IMG/VR virus record: IMGVR_UViG_3300005573_001166
Location: 95,387 to 159,386 of that record
DNA: 64,000 bases
Strand: one strand, 5' to 3'
Origin: a virus
The position numbers and the translations under genes are program-made. Shown here one piece after another: positions 36,368-46,261 of this stretch (position 1 is its first letter; every line of letters begins with the position of its first letter). Under the pieces are notes generated by a model, which was not told the DNA's origin, searched no databases, and saw nothing but the letters and a program-made list of their open reading frames with translations.

Positions 36368-38212
36368 ATGACATCTTTTACTACAAACCCCGCAGTTGCC
36401 TCTTCTGAGATTCGAGAGCAAATGTTACAACGGCTTTCGTCTTATTATCCAAAAGGGGCTCTCGATACAAACGCTTACTACTTAATCTCTATGTTTGCAG
36501 ACATTTTAACAGATGTCTATAACGAAACAGAGGCTACTATAGAAGATACAGGATTAGATGAAGCTAGAGAAGGAGCTTTGTATCGGAATTTCGGTGCGTA
36601 TTTTTCTTTGAAAAAAAATACTACTTGGGAAGTGTATAGGTTTTTACTTAAGGTCCTTTTTGAAGCTTTTACTCTTTACGGATCTACAATATACGGTATA
36701 TGTAAAGCGGTTCAGGCTGTTACAGGTGTTTCCCCTTATATCTTAGAGCATTATAAATATGGGGGTTGGGTTTTAGGAGTACATGTTTTAGGTGCCTCTG
36801 CGATAGTATTAGACAGTGATTATATATGGAATTCTATAACTGCTAATATTTTAAGTGGCGTTCATTTAAGAGGAATAGCGGTCCCTCAAGCATCTGATGT
36901 TTGGGTTTGCGGTGGGTCAACTACTGCTAAAGTTTTTAGAAGTGCCTCTTATAAGCAGTGGGAGGATTATACTCCCGAGTTTTCGGCTACATCTTTAAAT
37001 GGAATACATGTGGGTAGTAATCAAAGTATTTGGGTTTGCGGTGAGAACGCTAGTTCTCTAGATGGGGTCGTATTTAAATATCAAAATGGGTGGGGAGAGG
37101 TTTATAGAAGCGGAGGAACAGGTAGTACTTATAGAGATATTTGGGTATACAATGATAATTTTGTTTTTGTAGTAGGAGATTCTGGTGAAATATTGCATTG
37201 GAACGGTAGTATTTGGATGCCCCACGCATCTCCGGTTTTGGCAGATTTACATGCAGTACATGGATATGATACCGAGCATGTTTATGTTGTAGGTGATAGT
37301 AATACAGTACTTTACTATAATGGAACTAGTTGGACAGATATTAGCACCCCAGGTGCCTACAACTGGGAAAGTTTACACGTAGTATCTGAAGAAGAGTTAT
37401 GGATTTGCGGAGAGGGAGGATATGTAGGTTATAGTAATAATGCAGGAAGTTCTTGGGATATACAACAAGTTGCTACTTCAGATTTATACGATATTACAGT
37501 TAGTAATAACGGTATAAGGGTATGCGGAGATGGTACAGCTTTAGTATCTACAGATGGAAGTACATGGAAGTCAGAAACAATACAAGGATCAGGAATATCT
37601 TTACTGAGTTTGGGGGTAAGCAATTCAGGTCATTTGTATACTTGTGGTACTTCAGGAACTGTATTGCATAATTCTGGTGGGGGTTATCTTACTCATATAA
37701 AAGCTTTTACATTACCTACTAACCTTCAGGCAGATTTGAATGAATCAGGTATTTATGTAAGCGAGTCTATAAGAGATTGGTTTTCGAGTGCGGGCTACCC
37801 TTTAACCCAAAATGCAACCCGTATAGTAGTTGATGCTACTACCTGGTATATTATAGATACTGTTATATTTAGAATATTGTTAGAGGCAGAGAGCTTAAAT
37901 GTATACACAACGGACGATATATTCTATAAGGCTGGTAGTATTATTTGGGGGGCTATATTAGAGTCTAGGGTAGGCAGATGCAATTCTGTTGATTTTGTAG
38001 TATGGAATGTACAAGACTCCGAGTTACTACAAAGGATACTCTCTTATATAAAACCTGCTCATGTAAAGGCGTTTATTATGCATGAGCTGCCGTTTGTAGA
38101 TACTACAGATGAAGATGCTTTTATATCTGCTGTAAAGGTTAATCAAAGATCTTTTGGTGTTATAGATAGGGCAGTTTACTCTGAAACTGAATCACACATC
38201 CCCTCTTTATAG
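36368..38212 (+). CDS. Baseplate wedge (gpI-like) protein with an inserted beta-propeller
   Basis: LYRNFG...YRFLL..L......GST..GI..AV N-terminus and IKPAHVK C-terminus, surrounding repeated VWVCG/VVGDSG.ILHWNG blades. The ORF track starts at 36350. Confidence 0.75.
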   Translation: MTSFTTNPAVASSEIREQMLQRLSSYYPKGALDTNAYYLISMFADILTDVYNETEATIEDTGLDEAREGALYRNFGAYFSLKKNTTWEVYRFLLKVLFEAFTLYGSTIYGICKAVQAVTGVSPYILEHYKYGGWVLGVHVLGASAIVLDSDYIWNSITANILSGVHLRGIAVPQASDVWVCGGSTTAKVFRSASYKQWEDYTPEFSATSLNGIHVGSNQSIWVCGENASSLDGVVFKYQNGWGEVYRSGGTGSTYRDIWVYNDNFVFVVGDSGEILHWNGSIWMPHASPVLADLHAVHGYDTEHVYVVGDSNTVLYYNGTSWTDISTPGAYNWESLHVVSEEELWICGEGGYVGYSNNAGSSWDIQQVATSDLYDITVSNNGIRVCGDGTALVSTDGSTWKSETIQGSGISLLSLGVSNSGHLYTCGTSGTVLHNSGGGYLTHIKAFTLPTNLQADLNESGIYVSESIRDWFSSAGYPLTQNATRIVVDATTWYIIDTVIFRILLEAESLNVYTTDDIFYKAGSIIWGAILESRVGRCNSVDFVVWNVQDSELLQRILSYIKPAHVKAFIMHELPFVDTTDEDAFISAVKVNQRSFGVIDRAVYSETESHIPSL

Positions 38213-38224
38213 GAGTTTAAGGTT

Positions 38225-38566
38225 ATGCCATCTGAGGATGAAAGACAACCTGCTGTAGCTACATCCTTAAACAATGTAGTTTTAATATATGTTATCGATG
38301 GTACTCTTTATAAGAGGATTTTTACGTATGGTAGTAACTCTTGGAGCGAAGTATCTGCAGTTTCTTTAGGAAGCCATCCTGATTTGGTAGACCGATCCGG
38401 TACGTTATGGGTAGTATGGGAATCAGGTGGAGATATAAAGGTTGCATATTCCTACGATGGGGGAGAAACTTTAACAGATGCCGCTACTTTAATTTCTAAT
38501 GCTACTTTACCTAGTATAGTGATTTTGTCTACAGGTTTGGTAGGAGTAGCTTGCGCTGTTAGTTAG
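38225..38566 (+). CDS. N-terminal part of a BNR/Asp-box propeller protein (probably split from 38577..40376)
   Basis: Asp-box YSYDGGET. Removing one copy of GTTA from GTTAGTTA (38558-38565) fuses it in frame with the next ORF. Confidence 0.6.
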   Translation: MPSEDERQPAVATSLNNVVLIYVIDGTLYKRIFTYGSNSWSEVSAVSLGSHPDLVDRSGTLWVVWESGGDIKVAYSYDGGETLTDAATLISNATLPSIVILSTGLVGVACAVS

Positions 38567-38576
38567 GAGAAGTACG

Positions 38577-40376
38577 TTGAATATTGTTTTTACTACAGAG
38601 GCATCCGGCTTTACTTCTCAAGTTTTAGTTGCAACTACCGAGAACACTCCTACTCATATAGTTACTTGCAATCATTTGGGTAGGATTCTTGTAGGATGGG
38701 TAGAGGGGGATGCAGCTAAATATGCTTACTCTGATGATAACGGTGCTACCTGGTCTAGTCCTATAGAATTAGGTAACTATACCGGTTTATCTTTTTTAGC
38801 CTTGCCTACAGAGCATTTATTAGCTGTTGGGGAGTATGGTCAGCAACTTTGGGGTATGGTATCTAGGGATAAGGGCATAACTTTTGACGACTCTTATAAT
38901 ATATATATACCTACTGCTGCTGTAGACCCTGATCTTCTATTGGATGCATATAATGATGTTTTAGTGTTTACAGCTAATAGAGATACTAGTGTTTTTAATG
39001 CACATAGGTACGTTGTTTCGTTTACAGATTTACCTTTTTATGCACAGGCTGAAGAGATAGATACTATAGGTGTTGCCTTTATATCGAGTATTAGTTCTAG
39101 TAGTTCAAGTGAGTCTTTTAGTTCCAGTTCCTCTTCCAGTAGTAGTAGTTTCAGTAGTTCTAGTAGCAGTTTCAGTTCTTCTTCCAGCAGTAGTTTCAGC
39201 AGCTCTTCTAGTAGTTCAAGTAGTTCCTCAACAAGCTTTAGTTCTATATCTAGTTCAAGTTCTAGTTTCAGCTCCAGTTCCAGCAGCAGTTCCTCAACAA
39301 GCTTTAGTTCCTCTTCTAGCAGCAGTTCTTCTACAAGCTTTAGCTCTATATCTAGCAGCAGTTCCTCAACAAGCTTTAGTTCCTCTTCTAGCAGCAGTTC
39401 CTCAACAAGCTTTAGCTCCAGTTCTAGCTCCAGCGCTTCTAGCAGTTCTTCCTTTTCTATGTCTCCTGGTTATATTTATATAGCTGATTCTTTTAATCAT
39501 AGAGTACAGATGTTTGACGAAAACGGTACTTATTTAGGGCATTTTGGTTCAGAAGGTACAGGTAACGGTCTTTTTAATTTTCCAGGTGATGTTGCTGTAG
39601 ATAGTTATGGTTATGTATATGTATGTGATACAGGTAACCATAGAATACAAAAGTTTGATAGTATGGGTCATTATATCTCTAAATGGGGTTCTGCAGGTTC
39701 AGGTAATGGAGAGTTTTTACATCCAGAGCGTATCTATATAGATAGTGAAGATTATGTCTATGTTGTAGATAGTGCTAATAACAGAGTTCAGGTGTTTACT
39801 ACTACAGGCACTTTTGTAAGGAAGTGGGGTACATTAGGAAGTGGAGAAGGAGAAATGAATGTTCCTGTAGGTATTGCAGTAAGAGTTTCATCTAGCTCCT
39901 CCAGTTCTAGCTTCTCTAGTTTTTCTTTTGCACCGCTTCTGTATGTTGCAGATAGTTATAATCATAGAATACAGATATATACATATGAGGGTGTATATAT
40001 AGATAGCTTTGGTACATTTGGTACAGGAGATGGTCAGTTCCAATATCCGGGTGGTATATATGTACTTGAAGACGAGGTTTTTGTAGCAGATACTGGTAAT
40101 CATAGGATTCAGGTCTTTGATCTGGAAGGTAATTATAAGCGGAAGTGGGGTTCTTATGGAGATGGAAATGGCCAGTTTCAGCATCCAGAAAGAATTAGTG
40201 CAGATGCTAGTGGCTTGATATATGTTACAGATCAGGATGGAGATAGAGTTCAAGTATTTACTAAGGCAGGTACCTTTGTAAGGAAGTGGGGTACTACAGG
40301 TAGAGGAACTGCAGGTGAGTTTGATACTGTTAAAGGTATTGCAGTAAGGTATTCTAAGAAGAAACCGGGTGGCTGA
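38577..40376 (+). CDS. BNR propeller - poly-Ser stalk - NHL-repeat beta-propeller protein
   Basis: Asp-boxes YSDDNGATW and SRDKGITF; Ser tract of about 125 aa; NHL repeats (F..P.DVAVD..G.VYVCDTGNHRIQKFD). Confidence 0.85.
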   Translation: MNIVFTTEASGFTSQVLVATTENTPTHIVTCNHLGRILVGWVEGDAAKYAYSDDNGATWSSPIELGNYTGLSFLALPTEHLLAVGEYGQQLWGMVSRDKGITFDDSYNIYIPTAAVDPDLLLDAYNDVLVFTANRDTSVFNAHRYVVSFTDLPFYAQAEEIDTIGVAFISSISSSSSSESFSSSSSSSSSSFSSSSSSFSSSSSSSFSSSSSSSSSSSTSFSSISSSSSSFSSSSSSSSSTSFSSSSSSSSSTSFSSISSSSSSTSFSSSSSSSSSTSFSSSSSSSASSSSSFSMSPGYIYIADSFNHRVQMFDENGTYLGHFGSEGTGNGLFNFPGDVAVDSYGYVYVCDTGNHRIQKFDSMGHYISKWGSAGSGNGEFLHPERIYIDSEDYVYVVDSANNRVQVFTTTGTFVRKWGTLGSGEGEMNVPVGIAVRVSSSSSSSSFSSFSFAPLLYVADSYNHRIQIYTYEGVYIDSFGTFGTGDGQFQYPGGIYVLEDEVFVADTGNHRIQVFDLEGNYKRKWGSYGDGNGQFQHPERISADASGLIYVTDQDGDRVQVFTKAGTFVRKWGTTGRGTAGEFDTVKGIAVRYSKKKPGG

Positions 40377-40394
40377 TTTTAAGGAGGGTATTGT

Positions 40395-40739
40395 ATGAAC
40401 TATGAACAGTTGAAAGAGGCAATGGTTAATAGAAGTGTTGTTTATGGTATTAGAGGAGATGATAATATAATCTCAGGTACTATTGTATCTGTTAGAAATT
40501 ATCAACAGACGTCCATAAAGAAGTTGCCTACTGGTAATATTAATGTAGTAGAGTCTACTAACTTGTATGCAGTACTTGAACAGGAAAATGGTATTACTTG
40601 TAATGTTAAAGAGGTTTTTTTAACTTTGGATGATTTGAAAGCTCATTTAAGTAGTAAAATCGAGAAGGAAGTTAATAAGTTGCTTGAGAAATCTTCCCGA
40701 TTGAAACTCTCTGTTAATATTCCTAAACTGAAGGAGTAA
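40395..40739 (+). CDS. Hypothetical protein, paralog of 53497..53949
   Basis: VYGIRGDDNII vs VYIILGDTDIV; VFLTLDDLKAHL vs IYLSYDDAKAEL. Confidence 0.65.
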   Translation: MNYEQLKEAMVNRSVVYGIRGDDNIISGTIVSVRNYQQTSIKKLPTGNINVVESTNLYAVLEQENGITCNVKEVFLTLDDLKAHLSSKIEKEVNKLLEKSSRLKLSVNIPKLKE

Positions 40740-40809
40740 CACATGAGTAGACTAGGCTGTATAGTTTTAATATTAATAGAAACTATGAGAATGTACAGTA
40801 TAGCCAACT

Positions 40810-41148
40810 TTGTATAAATATCGAAGTATGCAGCTTTTGCATGACGAGTTGTCGAATTGTTACAATAAGAAGCTTTTTAGAGATTTTGTCATATTAGACA
40901 AGGAAACGTTTGATAGCATGCATGGGTTGATATTTGACTACCTGACGAAAAAGTTTTATGAGAGCGGTGAAGAAGTGTTTCATGACTATAATAAGGCTGA
41001 AAAAGTCATGGAATTTGTTGAAGAGGAAGGCCAGTTAAAAAGTATTGTAGTTGATGGTGGTAAGTGTAAAATAGATTTTATTTTAGATAAGATTACCAGC
41101 GTCGACGATAGAATTAAAAATTTGTTTAATTCATTGGAGAGAGATTAA
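40810..41148 (+). CDS. Hypothetical protein, 5' end uncertain (possibly degenerate)
   Basis: TTG start just after an in-frame TAG. The good RBS+ATG at 40743 is in another frame and stops after 24 codons. Confidence 0.45.
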   Translation: MYKYRSMQLLHDELSNCYNKKLFRDFVILDKETFDSMHGLIFDYLTKKFYESGEEVFHDYNKAEKVMEFVEEEGQLKSIVVDGGKCKIDFILDKITSVDDRIKNLFNSLERD

Positions 41149-42909
41149 TTGAGTTCTTCAAGCAGTAGTTCTTCTACAAGTTTTAGCTCTAGCAGTAGTA
41201 GTAGTTCTTCTACAAGTTTTAGCTCTAGCAGTAGTAGTAGTAGTTCTTCTACAAGTTTTAGCTCTAGCAGTAGTAGTAGTAGTTCTTCTACAAGTTTTAG
41301 CTCTAGCAGTAGTAGTAGTTCCTCAACAAGCTTTAGCTCTATGTCTAGCAGCAGTTCCTCAACAAGCTTTAGCTCTATATCTAGCAGCAGTTCCTCAACA
41401 AGTTTTAGCTCTATATCTAGCAGCAGTTCCTCAACAAGCTTTAGCTCTATATCTAGCAGCAGTTCTTCTACAAGTTTTAGCTCTATATCTAGCAGCAGTT
41501 CCTCAACAAGCTTTAGCTCTATGTCTAGCAGCAGTTCTGCATTTATTGATAACTTTATATACATAGCAGACACATATAATTATAGGGTGCAAAAGTTTGA
41601 TGAGGATGGTGATTTTTTATTAGAATGGGGGAAATACGGGTCTGGTAATGGCCAATTTAATAGGCCTTTAGGGATTGCAGTCGATTATGATGGTTATGTT
41701 TATGTTGCAGATACTTATAATAATAGGGTACAGAAGTTTGATAGTGATGGTAACTTTATCCTAAAATGGGGTACAAGCGGTACAGGTAATGGACAGTTTA
41801 ATTTACCTAGAGGAGTGGCTGTTGATAGAGATAACAATGTCTATGTATGCGATGTAAATAACTATAGAGTGCAGAAATTCTCTAATACAGGTGCCTTTCT
41901 GATGAAATTCGGTAGCTATGGTACAGGTAATGGTCAATTTCAGCTGCCTGTAGGTATCGTGGTAGAGTATTTCTCAGGTAATATATTCGTTGCAGATGGT
42001 GTAAATTGTAATATACAAGTATTCGATAATCAAGGTAATTATTTATATAAATGGGGATCTATAGGAGATGGAGTAGGTCAGTTTAGAAGTATAAACGGTA
42101 TACACATGAATATACATGGGGAAGTTTATGTATGTGATTACGGTACCCATGACATGATCCAAGTATTCGATTTGCAAGGTAATTTTATACGAAGATGGGG
42201 TTCAGGCGGTACAGGCAATGGACAATTTACCTCCGTCTTTGATGTTACTGTAGATAATGACGGTAGAGTTTATACCGTTGAAGTAGGTAATAATAGGGTT
42301 CAAAAATTTGATCTTGTAGGTAACTTTATACATAAGTGGGGAGCTTTCGGTAGTAATCCAGGGTATTTTAAATACCCCTTTGCAATTAATGTATATCCTA
42401 CAAGACCTGGTTCTTCTGCATCTAGTTCCAGTTCTTCTAGTTCATCCTCTAGTAGCTCTAGTGGCGTATATCAAGGGTACGTATATGTAGTAGATATGAT
42501 AAATCATAGAGTACAAGTTTTCGATATAGAAGGTAATTTTGTATTTGAGTGGGGTACGTACGGATCTGAAGATGGACAGTTTAAGTTTCCTACAGATCTT
42601 GCTGTCGATTCTCAGGGATATGTATATGTATGTGATACAGGTAATGATAGAATACAGAAATTCGATGGTGACGGTAATTTTATTTTGAAGTTTGGTAGTT
42701 TTGGTACAGGTGATGGTCAGTTTAATGGGGCTACAGGTATCAGAGTTGACGCTTACGGGTATTTATATATATCCGATACATATAACCATAGAGTTCAGAA
42801 GTTTGACAGTGAAGGGCATTTTATAAGTAAGTGGGGTCGGCCGGGAGAGGAAACAGGTAAATACTTTAACTCTCCTGATGGTATAGGAGTTGTGCTTAGA
42901 AAGGATTGA
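41149..42909 (+). CDS. Poly-Ser stalk + NHL-repeat beta-propeller protein
   Basis: Ser tract of about 130 aa at the N-terminus, six NHL repeats, a short Ser tract, then three NHL repeats. Confidence 0.85.
   Translation: MSSSSSSSSTSFSSSSSSSSSTSFSSSSSSSSSSTSFSSSSSSSSSSTSFSSSSSSSSSTSFSSMSSSSSSTSFSSISSSSSSTSFSSISSSSSSTSFSSISSSSSSTSFSSISSSSSSTSFSSMSSSSSAFIDNFIYIADTYNYRVQKFDEDGDFLLEWGKYGSGNGQFNRPLGIAVDYDGYVYVADTYNNRVQKFDSDGNFILKWGTSGTGNGQFNLPRGVAVDRDNNVYVCDVNNYRVQKFSNTGAFLMKFGSYGTGNGQFQLPVGIVVEYFSGNIFVADGVNCNIQVFDNQGNYLYKWGSIGDGVGQFRSINGIHMNIHGEVYVCDYGTHDMIQVFDLQGNFIRRWGSGGTGNGQFTSVFDVTVDNDGRVYTVEVGNNRVQKFDLVGNFIHKWGAFGSNPGYFKYPFAINVYPTRPGSSASSSSSSSSSSSSSSGVYQGYVYVVDMINHRVQVFDIEGNFVFEWGTYGSEDGQFKFPTDLAVDSQGYVYVCDTGNDRIQKFDGDGNFILKFGSFGTGDGQFNGATGIRVDAYGYLYISDTYNHRVQKFDSEGHFISKWGRPGEETGKYFNSPDGIGVVLRKD
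41152..41537 (+). repeat. Tandem 36-42 bp repeats encoding SSSSSTSFSS(I/M/S)S
   Basis: Unit AGCAGCAGTTCCTCAACAAGCTTTAGCTCTATATCT and variants; the same core unit occurs at 39280-39420 and 55760-55930. Confidence 0.9.
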
Positions 42910-42915
42910 GAAAAA

Positions 42916-43926
42916 ATGCCTAATATTGATATACAAGATGTATTAGTACTTTTACAGCAATTAACATCTCCTAAAAATGCTTTAGTTAACTCTGTTTCTT
43001 TATACATGGATGACGTTAATGATGTATATCTTAAAGTCCATACTCAAGGAGACCCTGGAACTGACGAACTTTTTAAGTTATTAGTATATTCAGGCTATAG
43101 ACAGATACCTTCCGGAAACCAGTCAATCGATTTAACTGCAGCAAATTTCTTTAAAGCTACTCCCGATCAAAATGCTACATGGACAACTACCTCCTCTCGA
43201 CAAGGATGGTTAGTTTGGATACAGATAGAGAATACAGGTGGCTATACTATAACTTTTGGGGACGGATTTGACGTTTCTCCTGTATCTGAAGCAGGTACTC
43301 ATTCAAAGCTTTTGTATTGCGATGGTACTGTTTGGAAAGAGTTCCAGTTAGGCACATTATATGCTAAGACAGTTCCTGACGGCATACAGAATATAGATAT
43401 AAGCGGCTGTAGCCTTGTGTACTGTAAGCTAGGACAAGACACAACCTTCAGTACTACAACTGGTGGGCGCAATGGCCAGATAGTTATGTTCATACTAGAG
43501 CAAGACAGCATAGGTTACCACTATATAAGATTTGGCAATGGCTTTCAGCCGTCAATGCCTGAACGCACATCAGGTCCAGGTAGGGTATTTAACCTGTTGT
43601 TTGTATGTCTGAATGACTGCTGGTACGAGATAACAATGTATAGGACTGGTATACCATATGGTGTTGCATATACCTGGCAGTTTAAGATGGTTGATTCAGT
43701 AAACTTTGCCACGCCAAAGACTGGCAGGTTAGTAGCAGTAGAAATATCTAAAGAAGGATCATCATTTACCACTGTTACAGGCACGCCACCAGTAACTGAA
43801 ATAGGCTACGGTTGGTATGCGGTTACTATACCGGCAGTTGATATGGCACATAAGTATATAATACTTAAGGCTACAGCCAGCGACTGCGCGCAAACAGATG
43901 CAGCTATATATACTACGGTTTGGTAG
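42916..43926 (+). CDS. Putative tail-fibre-associated protein with an internal duplication
   Basis: IPSGNQSIDL / VPDGIQNIDI repeats. The C-terminal WQFKMVD...EIGYGWY domain is shared with 46995..48365. Confidence 0.55.
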   Translation: MPNIDIQDVLVLLQQLTSPKNALVNSVSLYMDDVNDVYLKVHTQGDPGTDELFKLLVYSGYRQIPSGNQSIDLTAANFFKATPDQNATWTTTSSRQGWLVWIQIENTGGYTITFGDGFDVSPVSEAGTHSKLLYCDGTVWKEFQLGTLYAKTVPDGIQNIDISGCSLVYCKLGQDTTFSTTTGGRNGQIVMFILEQDSIGYHYIRFGNGFQPSMPERTSGPGRVFNLLFVCLNDCWYEITMYRTGIPYGVAYTWQFKMVDSVNFATPKTGRLVAVEISKEGSSFTTVTGTPPVTEIGYGWYAVTIPAVDMAHKYIILKATASDCAQTDAAIYTTVW

Positions 43927-43940
43927 ACAAGGAGGTAATT

Positions 43941-44696
43941 ATGTCGATTAACAACATAACCCAAATAGACTATAACCTGCTTAAAAGTGAGCTGTTTGAC
44001 CGTAAGAATCTTGACCCTGATGATGAGGAACGCTACTATAAAAGGCTGCAAGAACTAGCATCCGACATCAAATGCCCAGTGCCTTGTATGAAGCTAGCGA
44101 CGCAAGTAGTAGACGGCAAGAGCAGAATTGTCAGCAGCAGGGAGCAGAGGTCACATACGTGGGTCAGAAACTTCTACAACTTCATAACATCGCAATTTAG
44201 CAGTACACTCTGTGCTGATAGCACGTTTGGAGATGGTAAGTTATCATTTAAGACCACCAGTGGATCAATTGAGTATAATACATCGAGGGGATATTACAAT
44301 GGTACGGGACCTGACGCATCTGCCGGTGGTACAAGTTATGGTATACTTGTAGGTCGCGGCAGTGGCGCATTTAGCTTTGATAACTACGCAATGTCAACAC
44401 TAATAACTCACGGTACTGGTACTAACCAGCTGTCTTATTCTGCTAACCTGGATATAACAGGGTCATTTATAACTAATACACTATTCAGGCGTGTGTTCAG
44501 AAGGTTTTTCAACAACAACTCTGGCGCTAGCATAAATGTAACAGAAATAGGGTTGGTATATTGTTTAGATTACCTCTATACTGGCGGCGATGTATATGTT
44601 CTAATTTGCAGAGATGTACTACCAAGTGCGGACGCTGTACCTGATGGCGGTCAGTATAAGGTAGAGTATACACTTGAAGTAACGTTGCCAGAGTAG
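43941..44696 (+). CDS. RxFNNNSG-family virion protein, paralog A1
   Basis: RSHTWVRN, FGDGKLS, YGILVG, RRFFNNNSG..I.V.EIGL. ATG 43941 follows AAGGAGG. Confidence 0.65.
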   Translation: MSINNITQIDYNLLKSELFDRKNLDPDDEERYYKRLQELASDIKCPVPCMKLATQVVDGKSRIVSSREQRSHTWVRNFYNFITSQFSSTLCADSTFGDGKLSFKTTSGSIEYNTSRGYYNGTGPDASAGGTSYGILVGRGSGAFSFDNYAMSTLITHGTGTNQLSYSANLDITGSFITNTLFRRVFRRFFNNNSGASINVTEIGLVYCLDYLYTGGDVYVLICRDVLPSADAVPDGGQYKVEYTLEVTLPE

Positions 44697-44714
44697 CTAG
44701 AGGAGGTGTGTAGA

Positions 44715-45563
44715 GTGAGTGTTAACGATATTACGGATGGCATGCATTGTACGATGTGCGATGATGTAACCAGAGATGATGTTGTAAATAAAGATCTTTA
44801 TATCAAATACAACAACCGCAACACAGGTGACGGCATTACAGGTAATGAAATTACAGATGAAGAATACGCAGCTAAAGTACAGGAGCTAGCATTGCTTGGT
44901 ATGAAGCTAGGTGTGCCAGTACCATACGCAACTTACAGCGTTGATGTAATAAAGGACGGTAATGTTATTGATCATAGGGAAGGGTATAGCAGAAGCTGGA
45001 ACAGGAACTTCTATAACTGGCTTATAGCAGGGGTGTGTCACAAAACTCCGGATTCAACAGTGTTTGGTGCAGGCTACTTGTCAATGAAGGGTATAGATGG
45101 TAATATGTTTAGTACTGGATACATAGTTAGATTTTACGTATCAGCGAGTGTTTATAACCCTGAAACAAATACAGGGTACTACGGCCCTATAAACACTAGT
45201 GCAAGAGGAATAGTTGTAGGTACTGGTACAGGTCCTGAGATATTCAATGACTATGCTCTCGGCACACTTATCGCCAGCGGCACGGGTAGCGGTCAGCTAT
45301 CCTATCAGGAATCACGCAACCCAACTAAGACATGGAACTCAGGTAGCAGTCAGTTTGTTGTCTCATGGAAGCGGTATTTCAACAACAACAGCGGCGCATC
45401 AATAACTGTAAATGAAATGGGGATATATGGTTACTTTGATAGATCTCCATACTCCTATATGGTTTGCAGAGACAAGCTAAGCAGTGGTATAGAGCTGCCT
45501 GATGCAGCGCAGCTACTTGCCACGTATAATATAATTACTCAATTTCCAACAGATAGGTCATAG
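44715..45563 (+). CDS. RxFNNNSG-family virion protein, paralog B1
   Basis: SRSWNRN, RGIVVG, KRYFNNNSG. GTG 44715 follows AGGAGG (the track start is 44706). Confidence 0.65.
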   Translation: MSVNDITDGMHCTMCDDVTRDDVVNKDLYIKYNNRNTGDGITGNEITDEEYAAKVQELALLGMKLGVPVPYATYSVDVIKDGNVIDHREGYSRSWNRNFYNWLIAGVCHKTPDSTVFGAGYLSMKGIDGNMFSTGYIVRFYVSASVYNPETNTGYYGPINTSARGIVVGTGTGPEIFNDYALGTLIASGTGSGQLSYQESRNPTKTWNSGSSQFVVSWKRYFNNNSGASITVNEMGIYGYFDRSPYSYMVCRDKLSSGIELPDAAQLLATYNIITQFPTDRS

Positions 45564-45585
45564 CAACAATATAGAGGTATATGCA

Positions 45586-46251
45586 ATGGCGCAGGAACTA
45601 TATGAAGATTACTTTAAGGCGTGTATAGAGCTCGGCTATCCTACAGTAGAGACGTATCTTACCAGGAAGATCATAGCACCTGACGGTAGCATATTAAAGT
45701 CAGTAACGGATAGGGCACATAGTTGGTGTAGATGTGCATTTAACATATTATTAAGCAATCTCGGCTCAGTCAACATAGATGATACTAGCTTCGGTGCGGG
45801 ATACCTCTCAATAAGAGAGCCAGATGGCGACATATTCTACCACAACAATACTGTCACTACATACTCATACTCAGCGCCAGCTGGCGATACATCGTATGGT
45901 ATAGTTGTTGGCACAAGTAACACCGGTTACAGTTTTGATGATTACAAGCTCTGGAACCAGATTTCACATGGCATCAGTAGTGGATCGTTGTGCTATTGGG
46001 ACACGGTAAGGACAAGCAGTTTTATAGATAGCAATAGTAAGTACAGGAGTATTATCGGCAGGTACTTCAATAACAACTCTGGAGGCGATGTTACAGTTAA
46101 TGAGGTAGGACTAGTAGCTGCTATATACTACTATGATGACAGTTCAGTACGTGCACTTATGTCCCGTGATGTACTAGAGACTAGTGACGTATTACAGAAC
46201 GCATTCAAGTACTATGTAGAGTATACAATGATAACATCATACCCAAGCTAG
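45586..46251 (+). CDS. RxFNNNSG-family virion protein, paralog A2
   Basis: RAHSW.R, FGAGYLS, YGIVVG, RYFNNNSG. Confidence 0.65.
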   Translation: MAQELYEDYFKACIELGYPTVETYLTRKIIAPDGSILKSVTDRAHSWCRCAFNILLSNLGSVNIDDTSFGAGYLSIREPDGDIFYHNNTVTTYSYSAPAGDTSYGIVVGTSNTGYSFDDYKLWNQISHGISSGSLCYWDTVRTSSFIDSNSKYRSIIGRYFNNNSGGDVTVNEVGLVAAIYYYDDSSVRALMSRDVLETSDVLQNAFKYYVEYTMITSYPS

Positions 46252-46261
46252 GAGACAACAT

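Noticed and set aside
23932-38212. Extracellular contractile injection system or tailocin rather than a phage
   Set aside because: Head-tail connector/neck and capsid-decoration-like genes, a G/GT frameshift and 64 kb of uninterrupted phage-like genes are present, with no eCIS AAA ATPase. Capsid genes probably lie outside the window, though this cannot be proven here.
884-41148. Stop-codon reassignment (TGA=Trp at 1351; in-frame TAA at 1255 and 41146)
   Set aside because: TGA, TAA and TAG all end well-defined genes elsewhere (sheath TGA, endolysin TAA, tube TAG), and the GT pseudogene also has a frameshift.
41145-41573. Minus-strand ORF with LLLDIELKLVEE repeats
   Set aside because: It is the antisense shadow of the poly-Ser tandem repeat. 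The same applies to the alternate-frame ORF 39070..39483.
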